A stretch of 64,000 nucleotides of DNA from Eledone cirrhosa (Eukaryota), in assembly GCA_964016885.1 (NCBI GenBank), contig OZ024751.1, positions 32,674,001-32,738,000 on the forward strand, in the 5' to 3' direction. Positions within the stretch are counted from its first letter, which is position 1, and each line of letters opens with the position of its first letter. The position numbers and the translations under genes are program-made. The notes beneath the pieces are model-generated. The model was not told the origin of the DNA. It was given only the letters and a program-made list of their open reading frames with translations, and did not search any database. Positions 13,539 to 28,117 of this stretch are shown here, in pieces.

Positions 13539-14941
13539 TATGGAACTTTTTTAACCATCTTTTAATTTCTTCTTTATATATACTCCAGTTCTACCAACTG
13601 TTGAGTGCTACTTATCTGATATATGCATAGTTTTATTGTTCTACAATATTACTCACCTCCGACATATATATATATATATATGTCTGTGTGAGTGTGCGTA
13701 TATATATATATATATATATAACTCTGTGTCTGTGTCTGTGTATGTGTACGCGTGTGTGTGTGTGTACTAGTGAGGGAGGGGGCTGGTTAGAGTAAATAAA
13801 GATAAGTGTTTGTTTTTTATGATTAAAATGAAATCATGAAGGTTGATAAGTTTAATTAGTCAGGCAGTTGGTTTTGAATGTTAATGATCGTGGGGTTCTG
13901 TTAATTAAACAGGCATAAATGTTTGGGTTTGTGGAAAAAAATATGGCCATGTGCATATAGTTTCATATTTAAATGAAAAGGGCTTTAAAGGTGGAGAGAT
14001 TTAGGGCTGATAGAGATAAAGGCAAAAATTATTAGTGGGATTTTAAGGTTTTGAAGAAAATTAGCTTATGGGGGAAAGGTGTAATGGAGTGCAGAGGTAG
14101 TGTTGTTTGGTATGACTGTGAATTATATGAATACTTATTAGCAAACAATTTTCAGTCCCAAAGTTCAACCACCCCGTACATACCCCAATTTAATTATTTT
14201 ACTGTAAAAACATAAAATCCCACCATTGTAAATACCACTTGTCTCCACCCGACGAAATTCTCCCCACACTAACCCTAATTTAATTCCCAGATTATAAGGT
14301 TCCAACGAGGGATCATGTAAATAACAGGCTAAAGGAAAGACTAAGATTAATATGTTAATGCAAAACCTTAAATATGGTGCCCTAGTATGGCCGCAGTCCA
14401 ATGACTAAATCCGGTTTAAGAATAAATAGATTCTACAAACGATGAAACCACATTTTATTGCGAAAAGAAATAGTTTTCGTTATGAATAAAATATTATTGA
14501 AATATCTCACATTCTGATATATAACCTAAACACATAAATGATGTTTGCATTAAATATATAAATATTACTGTTCGATTTTGTTGGATTTTCTTCTCTCCTG
14601 TGTATACAAACATTAATATTTTACCTACACGGTTATTGTGTTGAAGCAATTCACTTGGTCTATCTACGATTCTAAAAGATTGGGTTCCTCTTACAAAACG
14701 TTTTCTGAAACGATATCCAACATTTAACGCCGACACCCACCGATGTTATTTTCTTTTGTGAAACTTTATATTTTGTGTAATTTTGTCTCGTAAGTCTCGT
14801 AAAATATTTAATTCTCACTGGAGATTTTTTTTTGGAGGTGGGGTCAACTAAATAAATATAATCCACCATTTTATTCTATCGAGGTCTCTCGCTTTGAAAC
14901 ATAAAATATACTGCAATACATTATGTTTATATTGAATGTAT

Positions 14942-15090
<149 letters not shown>

Positions 15091-15312
15091 ACAGTATTGT
15101 GATATAAATAAGGGGTGGCCCATAAATGGATTTCCCATTTAAACATTTAAAACCTTTTGAAAATATCTAAACTGGAAATTTTCCATAATGTATTTCAGGT
15201 AAACATATTTCAAAACCTGAAATAAAAACTAAAATAAATTGTTGATAAAAAAGTTATTGTGTTTTTAAATGTTAAAGTCATCTATGAGCTACCCTGGATA
15301 TATATATATATA

Positions 15313-15409
<97 letters not shown>

Positions 15410-15612
15410 ATATTTGGGGAGGGTCATATTTGCGTAATATTGCCAGAATTAATATATATATATAAGTATTAAGTTGTTAAACAATATTCGATGATTATGT
15501 CAAAGAATGAGTTTTACAGTAGATTGGAAGCACTCAACGGGAAAATAATTTGCAGGAGTTATTAAGATTAAAATATAAGTATTAATAAAATAGATGTTCT
15601 TTGATCAATTAC

Positions 15613-15664
15613 ATTTTATTATAATATTTCGGATGTACAACAGTACGTCCTCATCAGACAAATA
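15613..15664 (-). ncRNA. Hammerhead ribozyme motif (left arm)
   Basis: Minus strand: tttgt CTGATGA ggacgtac-tgtt-gtacatcc GAAA tatta TA ataaaat. Confidence 0.68.
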
Positions 15665-15792
15665 TAATGATACATGACATACCCTGAGATGTTAAATGGT
15701 TAATATTTAATCAATGGTTAAGATTTAATCAAGGTAGTACTTTGATTAAATCTTAACCATTTAACATCTCAGGGTATGTCATGTATCATTAT

Positions 15793-15845
15793 ATTTTGTC
15801 TGATGAGGACGTACTGTTGTACATCCGAAATATGTATAATAAAAT
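15793..15845 (+). ncRNA. Hammerhead ribozyme motif (right arm)
   Basis: attttgt CTGATGA ggacgtac-tgtt-gtacatcc GAAA tatgta TA ataaaat. Confidence 0.78.
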
Positions 15846-16454
15846 GTAATTGATCAAAAGAACATCTATTTTATTAATACTTATATTTTAATATATATAT
15901 ATATATATATATATACATTTCTGAATTTGTTTAGCAAGATTCTTTATCTGAAATCGTGTGTTGAAACCGATATTGTTATACTTTGGGAGGGTCATGTTGC
16001 CAATAAGAAACACACGCACCAGATGCTTTCACTTCAATTTATTATAAATTAAATTTATAAATTTAGGAATTTATAAATTTCTGGTTGGTTGGTTGGCTCC
16101 ACAACCAGACGATTGTTCATATATTGTCAAAGTTCTTTCGTCACACATTCTGTAACCTCTTCAGTGACTGGGATTCTTTTCTTTGTTTTTGTGCCTCTCC
16201 TTTGTTCTGTCCTACGCCATCTTGTTTTTGTGTGTGTTGTGTGCTTATTTTGCATATGTGTTACATCCGGGTGTCTGTGTGTGTTTATATTTGTTTATTT
16301 ACTTGTTTATTTACATGTTACTGGTTGGTTGTTTGTTCTATGTGTGTGTGTGTGTTTTCATTTTGTCCTTAATTGTAAGTTGTGATTTTGCTATTCCATT
16401 TTAATTAAGGACAAAATGAAAACACACACACATAGAACAAACAACCAACCAGTA

Positions 16455-17180
16455 GGTAGATAGTACCGCGATGATATCTTTGGACAACAGCTAATGACAT
16501 GGGTGACATCTTCGATGTTAATTCTGCAGAGTCTGTACTTGTTATCACATCTAGGTGTTTTGCCTGCATCCTTATCTCTTTTGTGAATCAGGTATTTCGT
16601 GTTAATTTCCTGTTCTTTGATTGCAAAAGCGTATCCTTCAAAGTGGGAGCCAATATAGCGGTTGTTGGTCCAAGATAGACTACTTTCCTTATGTATATTA
16701 ATCTCACTCTCGAGCTTCCTGGCAACATATCCATGCATGATTTTTTGCTGATAAGCATGCAATTTTTCATGGATTCACTGCGATACAGCTGAGCGACTTC
16801 GCTGGGTGTAAGTTTTTGATTATCACACAGGGAATATCTCTCGAGGAGTTCCTTCCCAACTCTCATGATCATATCTGTTTCATGCAGATAGACTTGCTCC
16901 TACGCTTAGAGGTTCATAGATGTTGTCGGAGGAATATGATGCGACATTCAAATGCTGACTGGACTGATGTTAGGCCTCTGCCTCCCTGCTTACGTTTCAA
17001 GTAAAGGCGGTCTATGTAACTGTTGATGTGGAAGTTTCTGGTGTTGTTTAGTATTTTTCGAGTTCTAACATCAACTGCTCGGATTTCGTCTATCGTCCGA
17101 ATGAGTATTCCAAACGTTGGTGTTAGGACAGGCACAGCAAACACATTGTGAGCCAATGTTTTGTTTTGCGTAGAGAGTTT
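16455..17180 (-). mobile_element. R4/Dong-clade non-LTR retrotransposon fragment (post-RT region and CCHC finger)
   Basis: [68 protein letters not shown]. Confidence 0.85.
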
Positions 17181-17254
17181 GTGTATGTATGTATGTATGT
17201 ATGTATGTATGTATGTATGTATGTATGTATGTATGTATGTATGTATGTATGTAC

Positions 17255-17329
<75 letters not shown>

Positions 17330-17405
17330 AACGTTTGTTTCTCAGAAACAAAATGGCGTAGGACAGAACAAAGGAGAGGCACAGAAACAAAGAAAGGAAT
17401 CTCCA

Positions 17406-17448
17406 GTCACTGAAGAGGTCACAGAGTGTGTGACGAAAGAACTATGAC
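17406..17448 (+). ncRNA. Minimal hammerhead ribozyme motif
   Basis: gtca CTGAAGA ggtcaca-gagtg-tgtgac GAAA gaac TA tgac. Confidence 0.62.
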
Positions 17449-17597
17449 AATATATAAACAACTATCTGGTTGCGGAACCAACCAACCAACCAGAAATTTA
17501 TAAATTTATAAATTTATTATAAATTTATTATAATAAATTGAAGTGAAAGCAACTGGTGCGTGTGTTTCTTATTGGCAACATGACCCTCCCAAAGTAT

Positions 17598-17641
<44 letters not shown>

Positions 17642-17981
17642 TTGGAGGGTTAGGGGGGTGAGGAAAAATATTGTTAAATATAAACAGTCGACATATGTGA
17701 TATATATGTGCTTACGCGTGTGTTTCTAATGGATAAAACGTATGTTCTTAAAGTACCATAACTTATAGAGATATAAACACACGCAAACATATACAAATAT
17801 AAACACACGCTAACGTATACAAATATAAACACACGCTAACGTATACAAATATAAACATACGCTAACGTATACAAATATAAACACACGCAAGTACTCATAC
17901 ATAAATTTAATCTTGTATATATGCGTGTATACACATAAATATATGTTTGTGTATAAGGATATATATTTGTGTATACATATA

Positions 17982-18074
<93 letters not shown>

Positions 18075-18250
18075 AGATAGATAGATAGATTGAGATATAT
18101 ATATATACAGATATATATTTATATATACAGATATATATATATATATATATACATATATATAAATATACATATATATACATATATATATACACATACACAC
18201 ATGCAACTGAAGTCTTATTTTAAAAAATATATATATATTTATTTTGGTTC

Positions 18251-18286
18251 CTTTACCGGTTTCGCAGTTCTTCTGCTTTTCAAAAG
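18251..18286 (-). ncRNA. Variant-core minimal hammerhead motif
   Basis: Minus strand: ctt TTGAAAA gcag-aagaa-ctgc GAAA ccgg TA aag; the core deviates from CUGANGA. Confidence 0.4.
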
Positions 18287-18621
18287 TAGAGATGAGATGT
18301 TGTTTTTCATGCAGGCACACGTATGTTTATGTATAATTTAGAAGTAAAATATATCAATATACACCAGAACGCATACACCTGCATATGAATACGCGCGTGC
18401 TCATACATACACATACACAGACACACACAAGTATATAAAGGCATAGGATCATTATAAACGTATATATATTATAAGCGTGGCAGGGTATGAAACATACATC
18501 AGCTATCCAAACAACGTTAAAATGCTTTATATTCACGAGCCCGTCGAACAGGCGATACGGCTAGTAGAAACCACACACACCTCAACCAAGAACAAACACA
18601 TACCTCTCATATATGTGTGTT

Positions 18622-18683
<62 letters not shown>

Positions 18684-18717
18684 AAAAAATAGAGATGTAA
18701 CACACAAGTTGTGATAT

Positions 18718-18952
18718 ATTAGTAAAAGGAAAAGAAAATGCTGACAAATTTTTCCCAGTGAAAATAGTTTAATTAGGAATAAGTATAAATTAGTAATAAG
18801 TATTGGTTAGTATTCAGTTTTAGTTTTAAGGTAAAAGCTTAAAACTAAAACTGAATACTAACCAATACTTGTTACTAATTTATACTTATTCCTAATTAAA
18901 CTGTTTTTCACTGGGAAAAATTTGTCACCATTTTCTTTTCCTTTTACTAATA
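18718..18952. repeat. Near-perfect ~235 bp palindrome between (TA)n tracts
   Basis: Arms mirror around ~18834 (ttttaaggtaaaagcttaaaa). Confidence 0.92.
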
Positions 18953-18980
18953 CATATATATATATATGCATATATATATA

Positions 18981-19078
<98 letters not shown>

Positions 19079-19187
19079 GGCCGTGGCCTTGCATGCATTA
19101 TAGAATCTTGTGTTGATCAATTGCGTCGGTTGAAGCAAGCAGAATTTTGGCTGCTTACTAAAACGTATAGTCACAAAAAAAAAGATA

Positions 19188-19313
<126 letters not shown>

Positions 19314-19658
19314 GTATGTATATGTATGTATATATATACACATTATTGCTTCATCTTGTCAGATGATACCGGTCTCACCATCACCTCAATCATTCCTGAA
19401 AGTGTTCACTCTCTCTTGTGCGCGGAAGTGACTTCTCAAATTCAGTAACAAAAGGCAAGACCCCACCCCCTCTCCTCAGACACTGACCTCACTCCAGCGT
19501 AGGACTCTGCAGTATAAGTGACTGGGGAACCGTGAGTGTTCCCGCCTATACGATATCTCCCGAGGTGATGAAACATACATAGATGGATACATACATTGAG
19601 TGTATGTTCCGTTCGTGTGTTCATATATGTATTGGAGATAGATGGAAATGGAAAGAGA

Positions 19659-19720
<62 letters not shown>

Positions 19721-19914
19721 GAGGGAGAGAGAGAGAGAGAGAGAGGAGAGAGATAGAACAAGAGAAAGAGTTACATATTGTGTTGTAAATATATATATAT
19801 AATTATACTGACACATACACTAACAGGGTTAATTATCAGTATATTACTTGCTTCAAACTCATTAAAACTATTTTATTTCCTCTTAGATCCCCAATAGTAG
19901 GTAAAATATTAGTT

Positions 19915-20980
19915 TCTGATTTAGGCACAAGGCCAACAATTTTGGAGGAGGGGGAAATTCGAACAAATCATCAGTGCATTACTGGTACTTTATTTATCGA
20001 CCCAATAAGGATGAAAGGCAAAGCTAACCTCAGCGGGATTTGAACTCAGATTGTAAACATGCCATAAAGCATGTTGTCCGACGCTCTACCGATACTGCCA
20101 ATCCACCGCCCTAATGGCAGATAAAATATTAACACAAGAGATGTAAAGACATGCAGTTCTTGTAGCAGAACACTGCAATGTGCAGAACACTGCAATGTGC
20201 AGAACACTGCAATTTAGAAATTGCCAACTTTCTAAATGCTACAAGATCTTTTGTACACAAAGTTCGGATGAAATTGTTAACCTCTGATGAGAATGTTTCA
20301 ACTGTATCAAAGAAAAAAATATTCCAGACATTTGGACACTATGAGAAACCGCAACTCATTCATTTTAATCGGGTAGAAGTGTGATATTCCAGTTTTTATA
20401 GAGTATTTCTCAAAGTGTCAGCATTTGGTAAAGATATCTAACCTTTCATTTAGATAATAATTGTTTCTACTTTTGGCACAAGGCCAGCAATTACCCAGTG
20501 TATTCATTTAGATAATAATTGTTTCTACTTTAGTGCATTACTGGTACTTTATTTTATCGACCCCGTAAGGATGAAAGGCAGAGTCAACCTCGGCGGGATT
20601 TGAACTCAGATCGTAAAGGGACGTAACTATGCTGGAAAGCATGGCGTCCGACCCTCTACCGATACTAATAATTATTTCTACTATTGGCACAAGGCCAGCA
20701 ATTATCCAGTACATTACTGGTACTTTGTTTTATCGACCCCGTAAGGATGAAAGGCAAAGTCAACCTCGGCGATTTCTAGTATATGCACAAGGCCAGCGAT
20801 TTGTAGGGGAGGGGAAAGTCGATTGAATCGACCTCAGTGCATTACTGGTACTTTATTTTATCGACACTGTAAAGATGAAAGGCAAAACTAACCTCAGCGG
20901 TATTTGAACTCAGAACGTAAAGGGCGATAACTCTATGCCGTGAAGCAGGGCGTCCGTCGCTCAACCGATACTGCCCTTTT
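19915..20980 (-). mobile_element. Cluster of tRNA-derived SINE copies (same family as 2690-3545)
   Basis: Reverse-complement core actggtactttattttatcgaccccgtaaggatgaaaggcaaag in copies at ~19915-20112 and several at 20460-20980. Confidence 0.85.
20130..20375 (+). mobile_element. Tc1/mariner-superfamily transposase N-terminal fragment
   Basis: AEHCNLEIANFLNATRSFVHKVRMKLLTSDENVSTVSKKK resembles an N-terminal HTH; 18-bp tandem duplication at the start. Confidence 0.55.
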
Positions 20981-21311
20981 TATTCAGATAGTAATGAAAA
21001 TATATTAAGGTTTTTGAATACTGTATGAGGTTTAACTCAGTTATGTGTTCGAGTTTAATTTTATAAATAAAACTCTTTTCATATTGCCTCATTAGTCTAT
21101 GATGTTTAATTAGGAATAAAGCCCTTCAAAATCTCATTGTCTGAAAGAAATAATGTTTTCATTTTGTATCGATGAATGCAGGTTTGTATATCATCTTTCA
21201 TTTTAATAATTCGAATTATTATTGTAAAAAAGGAGCTGGTTTTGAAAAAGAAAAGGCTTTCATATGTTTACTATTTTGTTAACACGCACACACACGCAAG
21301 CACACACACAC

Positions 21312-21388
<77 letters not shown>

Positions 21389-21944
21389 GTGTATATATAT
21401 ATATATATGTGTATATATATATACATACATATATATACATGTATCAATATATATATATATATTTACATGCATACATGAATTTATATATTCATACATTCAT
21501 ATACATACACATACACACACATATACATACACATGCATACACGCACACACACATACATGCATACACACATAGACATACAGACTCACATACATATACATAC
21601 ATACACACATACACATACATGCACACATACATATACACACATACATATACATAAATACTCACACATATATACATATACATTCACATACATATGCATACAT
21701 ATATAATAGACGACAGCAACGGGTGGTGTGTGTATGTTGAGTGAGTTTGCAACGATTTGCTAGGTGTGTCATTATCTTACCTGATAAGGCCTCCGTGAAG
21801 CCTTTGATTGTCAATCTCATATTACACTCTTGGCTCAACTCGCGAACAACAGCCAACCACAATATACTAGAAACGTTGTCTGTCTGTTAGAGTAATAAGA
21901 TGAAGAAGATGGAGCATAAATAATAATAATAATAATAATAATAA

Positions 21945-22410
21945 TTGTTTCTACTTTTGGCACAAGGCCAGCAATTTTTTCAGTGTATTACTGGTACTTT
22001 AAATTCTAGTATAGGCACAAGGCCAGTAATTTGAGGGGAGGGGTAAGTCGATTAAATCGACCCCAGTACGTTACTGGTACTTTATTTTATCAAACCCATA
22101 AGGATGAAAGGCAAAGTTAACCTCGGCGGGATTTGAACTCAGACCGTAAAGGGGCGTAACTCTATGCTGCAAAGCATGGTGTCCGACTCTTTACCGATAC
22201 TGCCAATCCACCGCCCTTACAATAATAATAATTGCTTCTACTTTTGGCACAAGGTCAGCAAATATCCCAGTACATTACTGGTACTTTATTTTATCGACCC
22301 CGTAAGGATGAAAGGCAAAGTTAACCTCGACGGGATTTGAACTCAGACCGTAAAGGGATGTAACTCTATGCTGGAAAGCATGGCGTCCGACCCTCTACCG
22401 ATACTGCCAA
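21945..22410 (-). mobile_element. Tandem tRNA-derived SINE copies
   Basis: Same core and head as above. Further copies at 26120-26325, 26955-27060, 30665-30845, 31143-31235 (+) and 43035-43135. Confidence 0.85.
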
Positions 22411-22513
22411 TAATGATAATGATAATAATAATAGCAACAATAATAATGATGGCGACGACGACGACGATGATGATGATGATGATGATGTGATGATGATGAT
22501 GATGATGATGATG

Positions 22514-22551
<38 letters not shown>

Positions 22552-22579
22552 TGATGATGATGATGATGATGATAATTTG

Positions 22580-22820
22580 CTGCAAAGTTGTTATCTGAAT
22601 TGTAATAAGAGCCTTAGGGACAGTGGCAGTAAGTTTGAATTGTTGGATATACAGAAGTGAATTTCCTGACTCTACAAGAAAGATTGCTTGGCACAGCAAC
22701 TGTAAGAAAGGTACTGGATACCTAAGGCTGTAGAAGACAGCTTGATATCTAGTGATCCATATACCTACAGCAGAACAGCTAAAGGGTGGCGATTGTATAT
22801 GAGGAATAATTATAAATAAT
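22580..22820 (+). mobile_element. Degraded R4/Dong-type LINE 3' end
   Basis: KVVI*IVIRALGTV...LLGTATVRKVLDT*G, followed by a TAA-rich tail. Confidence 0.55.
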
Positions 22821-22839
22821 GATAACAACTATAATAATA

Positions 22840-23272
22840 GAGATGATGATGGTGATGGTGGTGATGATGATGGTGGTGGTGGTGGTGGTGGTGGTGATGG
22901 TGGTGATGATGGTTGTGATGGTGATGATGATGGTGGTGATGGTGGTGGTGATGGTGGTGGTGGTGGTGGTGGTGGTGGTGGTGGTGGTGGTGGTGGTGGT
23001 GGTGGTGGTGGTAGTGGTGGTGGTGGTGGTGGTGGTGGTGGTGGTGGTGGTGGTGGTGGTGGTGGTGGTAGTGGTGATGGTGATGATGGTGGTGGTGGTG
23101 GTGGTGGTGGTGGTGGTGGTGGTGGTGGTGGTGGTGATGATGATGATGGTGATGGTGGTGGTGATGGTGGTGGTGGTGATGATGATAATGGTGGCGGTGG
23201 TGGTGATGATGATGACGATGATGATGATAATGATGATGGTGGTGGTGATGATGAGGATGATGATGATGATGG
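22840..23272. repeat. (GGT/GAT)n microsatellite
   Basis: Direct reading; source of the poly-V/T/P ORFs. Confidence 0.95.
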
Positions 23273-23589
23273 GCTCAAGTTGTTGAGGGCAATACAAGGA
23301 CGCACGAATTATAACACAAATTTGGTTTTACATCGAGAAAAAAAAAAGAATTGAAATCAACAAAAACAATAGATGTAACAATAAATTTCCAACTAGAAAA
23401 ATTCCCCAATTATCGAGAAGACTAACTAGAGGAATTCGGATGGAAACCCCTAGACAAAATCCTGGACTACCAAAAGGCACTCAAAGAACCCTTTTCTATT
23501 TTCTATCGTGAAACAGTCCAGAAAGCAGAACCTTCCCCTCCACACACTTTTCACTTCGAGTTTTTTTGTTGTTGTTACAGCTCACACCT

Positions 23590-23812
23590 ATGCAAGTTTA
23601 GCTGGCCTCCTCCAAGGTATATCTCGTTAGAGGTATCTAGGGTGATTTAATGATAGGGACCCCAGTCCTATCATCTCATTTCTACAGCTGAGTAAACTGG
23701 AACAATGTGAAATAAAGTGCCTTGCCCAAGGAAACAACACATCACCCGGTCCGAGAATTGAACTCACACGATTACAAGCCCAATGCTCTAACCACTAAGC
23801 CATGCGCCTTCA
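23590..23812 (-). mobile_element. Second tRNA-derived SINE family (CORE-like centre)
   Basis: Minus strand ggcgcatggcttagtggttagagca...gagttcaattctcggacc...ttgggcaaggcactttatttcac. Related copies at 34300-34420, 34435-34600 and 51910-52100. Confidence 0.8.
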
Positions 23813-23819
23813 CTTCGAA

Positions 23820-24230
23820 TGATATTGAAAGAAATTAATGAAGGTTAGAAAGAAAAGTTCTCAAACTTTTCACTCGTGTCCACAACTCTTATCATAGCCA
23901 AGATCCGACCATGATCCAGGGAAAAACTTGTCACATTTCTTTGCCAAGGGAACGTAACAGTTCAATTTCTTTGTTTATAGATTTAGGTGGCATCTCACTC
24001 GCGATAACAACTATGGCACAAACCCACAAATCTCTAATCCTCGGACACTGAATGATACCGTGCTGGATGGTTTCGTCGTTTTGCATACATCTCCGGCTCA
24101 TTCGGCTATTGGCACTTCCGTATCTGTAGAACTTATCTTGAACAGATAATACTCCCCAGTAGCATTGCCAGGCCAAATACTTTAGGAAATTATCGAGAGT
24201 CACAGACCTGAACTTCCTCCAGGCTGTAGT
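23820..24230 (-). mobile_element. Degraded L1/Tx1-like C-terminal fragment
   Basis: LDNFLKYLAWQCYWGVLSVQDKFYRYG...RCMQNDETIQHGIIQCP is homologous to the 43856-44701 ORF. Confidence 0.75.
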
Positions 24231-24688
24231 AGTGGTTGCAGAGTGGGTAGTTGTGGTGCTGGTGGTGGTGGTGGTAGTGGTGGCAGTAGTGATGCTGTGG
24301 TGGTGGCGGTAGTAGTGGTCGCAGTAGTGATGCTGTGGTGGTGGTGGTGGTGGTGGTGGTGGTGGTTGTGGTGGTTGTAGTAGTGGTTGCTGAGGTGGTG
24401 ATGGTTGTAGTGGTAGTGGTGGCAGTGGTGATGCTGTGGTGGTGTCGTGTTGGCATAAATGGTGTTGTGGTGGATTTGGTAGTATCGTAGTGGAAATAGT
24501 GTTGTTGTAATGTAGGAATGAGTTGTGGTGACGTGTTTGTGGTAGTGTGGTAGTAGTATTGTGGTAGTGTTATTGTGGTAGTGGTATTGTGATGGTGTCA
24601 TGGTAGTGGTGTTGTGGTAGTAGTGTTGTAGTAGTGTCATGGTTGTGATAAGGGTTGTAGTCTCATGGAATGGTAGTAATGGAGTTAA

Positions 24689-24727
<39 letters not shown>

Positions 24728-25294
24728 AATTGCTTGCATTCCCATTGTTGTTACTGTGGTGGTTGTTGTCATTATTGCCGTTTTGTTGTTGTTGTTCTTG
24801 TTGCTGTTGTTGCTGCTGTTAATGGTGCTGCTGTTGATGATGCTATTGTTGTTGTTTTTGTTGTTGCTGTTGTTATTATATTGCTGCAAATCCGGCTGCT
24901 TTTTTTTTTTTTTTTTTTTGTTGATGTTCTTATTCCGCTGCTCTTGTTGATGTTGCTGCTGCTGGTGTTGTCGTTCCTATTATTGTTGTTCTTGTTGTTG
25001 TTCTTATTGTACATGGCTGCTGCTGCTGTTTTCTATAATGAATTTCCAAGAGGTTGAGAAGTTCCTATTCCATTTGGTGGGAGTCACCCCCGGAAGTGTG
25101 CCAAGAAAACTATCTGAGGCTTTGTTAACTTGTTACTTTGCAGGAAATAACATCCACAGCAGACTACAACTACCACAACCATCATTTCTACCAACACCAC
25201 CACCACTGGTACTGCTACTACCACTACTTCAACTTCTACTATTACTACTACTATCACCATCACTAACACTGCCATCACTACCACACTACCACCG

Positions 25295-25366
<72 letters not shown>

Positions 25367-25367
25367 T

Positions 25368-25411
<44 letters not shown>

Positions 25412-25782
25412 TTACCATTACCAGCACTAACCTACCACTTCTAACATCACCATCATTAATACTACCACCATCACCATCGCCACCACCGCCACCACCACTG
25501 CCATCACCACCACCTCCACCATCACCACTAATACTACCACCACCACCATGACTACCACTTCCAACACCACCACCACTACTAATACACCACTACTACTAAT
25601 ACTACCCCCATCAACATAACCACCACCACCATCGCTAATACTACCACTATCACCATCACCATCACCACACCATCACTAATACTACCACCATCACCACCAC
25701 CACCACCTGCATCACCACCACCATCTCCATCACCACACCATCACTAATACTACCATCATCATCATCACCACCACCTCCATCA
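24230..25782. repeat. Degenerate trinucleotide repeats (GGT, GTT, TAC, CAC)
   Basis: Direct reading. Confidence 0.9.
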
Positions 25783-26385
25783 TATATGCTGATGTAGCTA
25801 AATATTAATTAATTAATTATGTCACCAACGACTACACGTTATGGAAATTATACTGACTATTTCAGTTCAGTTCTGATTTGTGTTTGATTTAACAACATTT
25901 GACAATAAGCTACTCTCGTAGGCGTAAATATAAGTAAAATTATCTTCTAATGAAGTAATTGTGAAACGTGGAATCCCTATGTACGAAGAGAATATTAAAA
26001 AATGTCTTCACATTCGTTTAATTTGTACAGGACGAGGACGGAACCGAAGTTAGACAAAGTTACATGGCGAGAGGGGATATGTGTATAACGTAATTAAATG
26101 TTCGGCATTTAAGTCAAATAATTGTTTCTACTTTTGGCACAAGGCCAGCAATTACTCTAGTGCATTACTATTGCATTACTGGAACTTTATTTTATTGACC
26201 TTGTAAGGATGAAAGGCAAAACTAACTTCGGCGGGATTTGAACTCAGAACGTAAAGCGCCATAACTCTATGCTGCAAAGCATGGTGTCTGATGATCTACC
26301 GATACTGTCAATCCACCACCCTAAGTCAAAGTAAAGTCAAATAATGTTTGATGAAGATGGCCGCATAAAACTATGGAGACAGAAA

Positions 26386-26446
<61 letters not shown>

Positions 26447-27670
26447 ACACACACAAGCACGCAAACACACACACTAACACTAACACGCAAACACATGCAC
26501 ACACACACACACACACTAACACTAACACGCAAACACACACACTAACACTAACACGCAAACACACACACACACAGACACACACTAACACGCAAACACATGC
26601 ACACACTCACACAGATGTATATCATAAATCTGACATCAGTAACAATTTAGTTAGTTATATGACATTTGTGTAATTTTATGTTTAAATATATCTGGAGATT
26701 ATATTCCGGACATCTATGATGAGTCTTGAATGCGAGAAAGGAAATTGCTATGATGAACGATTTCTAGTTTCTATGAAAAAAAGTTACTTGATTTAGAATC
26801 AGCTGACTTATATATAACAGATTTCAATCACTCAACGATATATGTTTAACAGGAGTTTTATCTAAACTATAATAAAGGAAGGTCTGCGAGACTGTGTACG
26901 GTTTATTTCTTTTAATCCAGTTAGTAAAATAAGTTGGATTACTTTGAATAAATAATTGTTTCTACTTTTGGCACAAGGCCAGCAATTACCAGTACATTAC
27001 TGGTACTTTATTTTATCGACCCCGTAAGGATGAAAGGCAAAGTTAATCTTGGCGGGATTAAGTAATGAATGAATATTACATAATTTATGTACTAAATTTC
27101 ATAAACATAAATAATTTCGTAAAAATAAATAATTTAACATTGACTTCTTTTCAAAGTTGCACTTCCGGTATATCTCGCCATCACCACCACTTCAACTACC
27201 ATATATAGAGAGAGTGTGTGTGATGAGAGAGATAGAGAGATTATGATTTTCGACACGCTGACACGTATGAGTGTGCACATACATACATCTATATGTATGA
27301 GTATATAACTATATGAGTATTTAACTATAATCGCTCAAACACAAACTGATAAAAATACACCCTCACGGACATAATTCACACAAATACACATACATTCTCA
27401 CATACATTTACACAAACACACACATAGTCATGATAGCAGCGTTCGGTGAAATTAAAAAACGGATCCCCCCAAATAAAAAACGGATTCCGCCCCCACCCAC
27501 CCCCATAAATATCCAACCGATAAGGTATGATTTTCATGGGTATGTCTCTATTTATAAAACAAACTTTGTATTTTATCTGAGGAAAGCGTACCAGTGTGTC
27601 TCGCTACCCTTGAAATATATATAATAAAATAAATATGGTTTCTTAAATATAGTTTCCATTTATTTAATAT

Positions 27671-27762
<92 letters not shown>

Positions 27763-28117
27763 TTAAGGATACTATTTATGGTTATGTATATACTGAAACC
27801 TTTTATAGTTATATATATTTTAAACCCTAAACAGTGAAAGACAGTAATTTATTACTACCTTATTACCAGTAAGATAAATAGCTCAATGTAATAACATCAG
27901 TTGTTCTACAGAGAAGTTATATAGAAATTACATGAATCAAAGTTCTGTTCAAACCATTTATTAGCTTACAACCATATCATTGTTAGTTATGTGAAGGACA
28001 TATAATCTATATATTACGTTTCCTGGATTGTGAAAATGGTGGTGTTTACAAAAACCATAACATTATTTTGCTTCTCATTTTTAATATTTCTCTGCACACA
28101 AGCTTCTTTATCATACA

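Larger units (their letters stand above)
12986..13573. repeat. Inverted repeat (~180 bp arms) of a ribozyme-bearing Penelope-like terminus (family C)
   Basis: 12986-13168 is reverse-complementary to 13392-13573. Confidence 0.9.
15568..15893. repeat. Near-perfect palindrome of a ribozyme-bearing Penelope-like terminus (family D)
   Basis: Arms mirror around ~15735 (aatcaaggtagtactttgatt). Confidence 0.92.
15915..17605. mobile_element. Inverted pair of family B Penelope-like termini; right arm interrupted by an R4/Dong fragment
   Basis: Left arm 15915-16375; right arm split into 16402-16455 and 17340-17605. Hammerheads at 16126-16168 (-) and 17406-17448 (+). Confidence 0.75.

Noticed and set aside
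14430-14900. Possible coding remnant (ORFs 14494-14736 and 14672-14869)
   Set aside because: No motif I can recognise; a translated search would be needed.
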